Below the pieces are notes generated by a model that saw nothing but the letters and a program-made list of their open reading frames with translations, made no database searches and had not been told where the DNA came from. DNA of 64,000 nucleotides from a virus (taxonomy: Duplodnaviria; Caudoviricetes). Position numbers and translations under genes: made by a program. Where the stretch lies: the IMG/VR virus record IMGVR_UViG_2706796753_000001, positions 64,001-128,000 of that record. One strand, written 5' to 3'. Shown here piece by piece: positions 63,051-64,000 of this stretch (the first letter of the stretch is position 1; the number at the start of each line of letters is the position of its first letter).

Positions 63051-63379
63051 ATAAAGAGGTAGAGTTAATTAAAGTGCCAGTAACGATTACGGATGAGTAT
63101 GTAAAGGTAGTAGAGGCTATGGCAGAGTTGCAAGCTAAGGCTCATGAGTTAGGAGAGTCTTTAGATGAGATTTATGGAGTAGAAGAAGGCAGAAAACGAA
63201 CAGATTTCGGAGGAACAATTCCTTACCTATTATGTGTACGTTTGACAGGGAAGCCTTTATCTCAAATCGAAAAAGAAATTGACGAATCAATTGGAATGAA
63301 CAAATCTATGGGTTATGGGTTTGACGAGAAGTTTTACTTTACAAACAAATGGGTTGAGGAACAAGGGCTGTTCATCTAA
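63047..63379 (+). CDS. Hypothetical protein
   Basis: GAGGGGG RBS, ATGA overlap. Confidence 0.7.
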   Translation: MNKEVELIKVPVTITDEYVKVVEAMAELQAKAHELGESLDEIYGVEEGRKRTDFGGTIPYLLCVRLTGKPLSQIEKEIDESIGMNKSMGYGFDEKFYFTNKWVEEQGLFI

Positions 63380-63405
63380 TAATAAAATAAAAGGAGAGAA
63401 TAAAA

Positions 63406-64000
63406 ATGACAACAACAAAATTACAAAAGGCAATGTTAAAAAATGCAGTATCTGGTGAAGTAGTATTTATTGAAGTGAATCGAGACAATCGAATTGTATT
63501 AACGGACTCAGAAGGAACTTCATCTACATATAGTAAGCGACATACATTTAATGGAGTAGTTAAAACGTTTGTTGGAGAGGGATGGCTTGATGTAACGGAG
63601 CAGCATAAGGTATTCAAGAATGTAGAAGCTCCTTTATCAGAACCTCCAGAAATCGCGGTTATAGAGGAGTTAGAACCTGTAGCTCCTGTTGAACTAACAG
63701 TAATTAACAATGAAGAGAACGAAGAAGACAAAATCCGTAAAATGGTTGATGAGTTTGTAGATGCAAATAAAGCAGCATCGGAAGCTAAAAAAGTAGCGGA
63801 CAAGATTAAAAAGGAAATCCGTGCTTATATGGATAAGAAAGGTATCAAGAAGTTGGCAGGGCTTAAGGACATGGAAGTATATCTACAAACTGCAAAAGCT
63901 TCTAACTCAACGTCTGACTACACAGATTACGATACCGCAATGCTACAACAAGTATTACCTCGTGAGTTGTTTGAGAAGATTTCAGAGGTGCGTGTATCCG
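63406..64000 (+). CDS. Hypothetical protein, 3'-truncated by the window
   Basis: AAAGGAG RBS, ATG 63406 (MTTTKLQKAMLK...), frame open to the window end. Confidence 0.75.
   Translation, partial: MTTTKLQKAMLKNAVSGEVVFIEVNRDNRIVLTDSEGTSSTYSKRHTFNGVVKTFVGEGWLDVTEQHKVFKNVEAPLSEPPEIAVIEELEPVAPVELTVINNEENEEDKIRKMVDEFVDANKAASEAKKVADKIKKEIRAYMDKKGIKKLAGLKDMEVYLQTAKASNSTSDYTDYDTAMLQQVLPRELFEKISEVRVS

Noticed and set aside
3593-63803. All minus-strand ORFs in the track (e.g. 3857..4396, 28681..29298, 60216..60623, 63372..63803)
   Set aside because: They lie antisense to well-supported + strand genes, lack clear RBSs and look like codon-bias shadows
1-64000. tRNA, rRNA, CRISPR arrays, IS elements, reverse transcriptase/DGR
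   Set aside because: No cloverleaf-sized gaps with tRNA motifs, repeat-spacer arrays, transposase or RT motifs were seen by eye

Overview
This window is a 64-kb internal segment of a large lytic SPO1/Twort-like Bacillus myovirus (Herelleviridae). It is most likely Bastille-like, because the DNA-polymerase intron ORF matches my recollection of I-BasI. Essentially all credible genes are on the + strand. Order: end of the tail/baseplate module (1-8.7 kb); replication core (SF2 helicase, two HTH/Rep-like proteins, DnaB-like helicase, SbcD/SbcC, primase); nucleotide metabolism (dUTPase, resolvase, nrdA...nrdB, flavodoxin, thioredoxin); HU-like protein; family A DNA polymerase split by a group I intron (39090-39945) with an HNH homing endonuclease; SSB, RecA, phage sigma factor, holin, phosphoesterases, MazG-like protein, a free-standing HNH/AP2 endonuclease, and many terminator/promoter-bounded cassettes of small accessory genes. 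No tRNA, rRNA or CRISPR array was seen. Most notable observations: (i) a shared palindrome (T/G)ACTTWAAGTA overlapping the -35 or -10/+1 of 8 accessory-cassette promoters, a candidate regulon; (ii) a plasmid/temperate-phage-like HTH initiator gene bracketed by perfect DnaA boxes; (iii) a fixed-spacing GAAAWR-N11-TRYTATATTA candidate phage-sigma promoter; (iv) a homing endonuclease gene flanked by two diverged copies of its neighbour's C-terminus; (v) an apparent baseplate gene fusion with nested carbohydrate-binding modules; (vi) a dUTPase with a large insertion and altered motif III; (vii) a dispersed family of acidic ~85-aa proteins. All family assignments are from motif recognition by eye; no searches were run.
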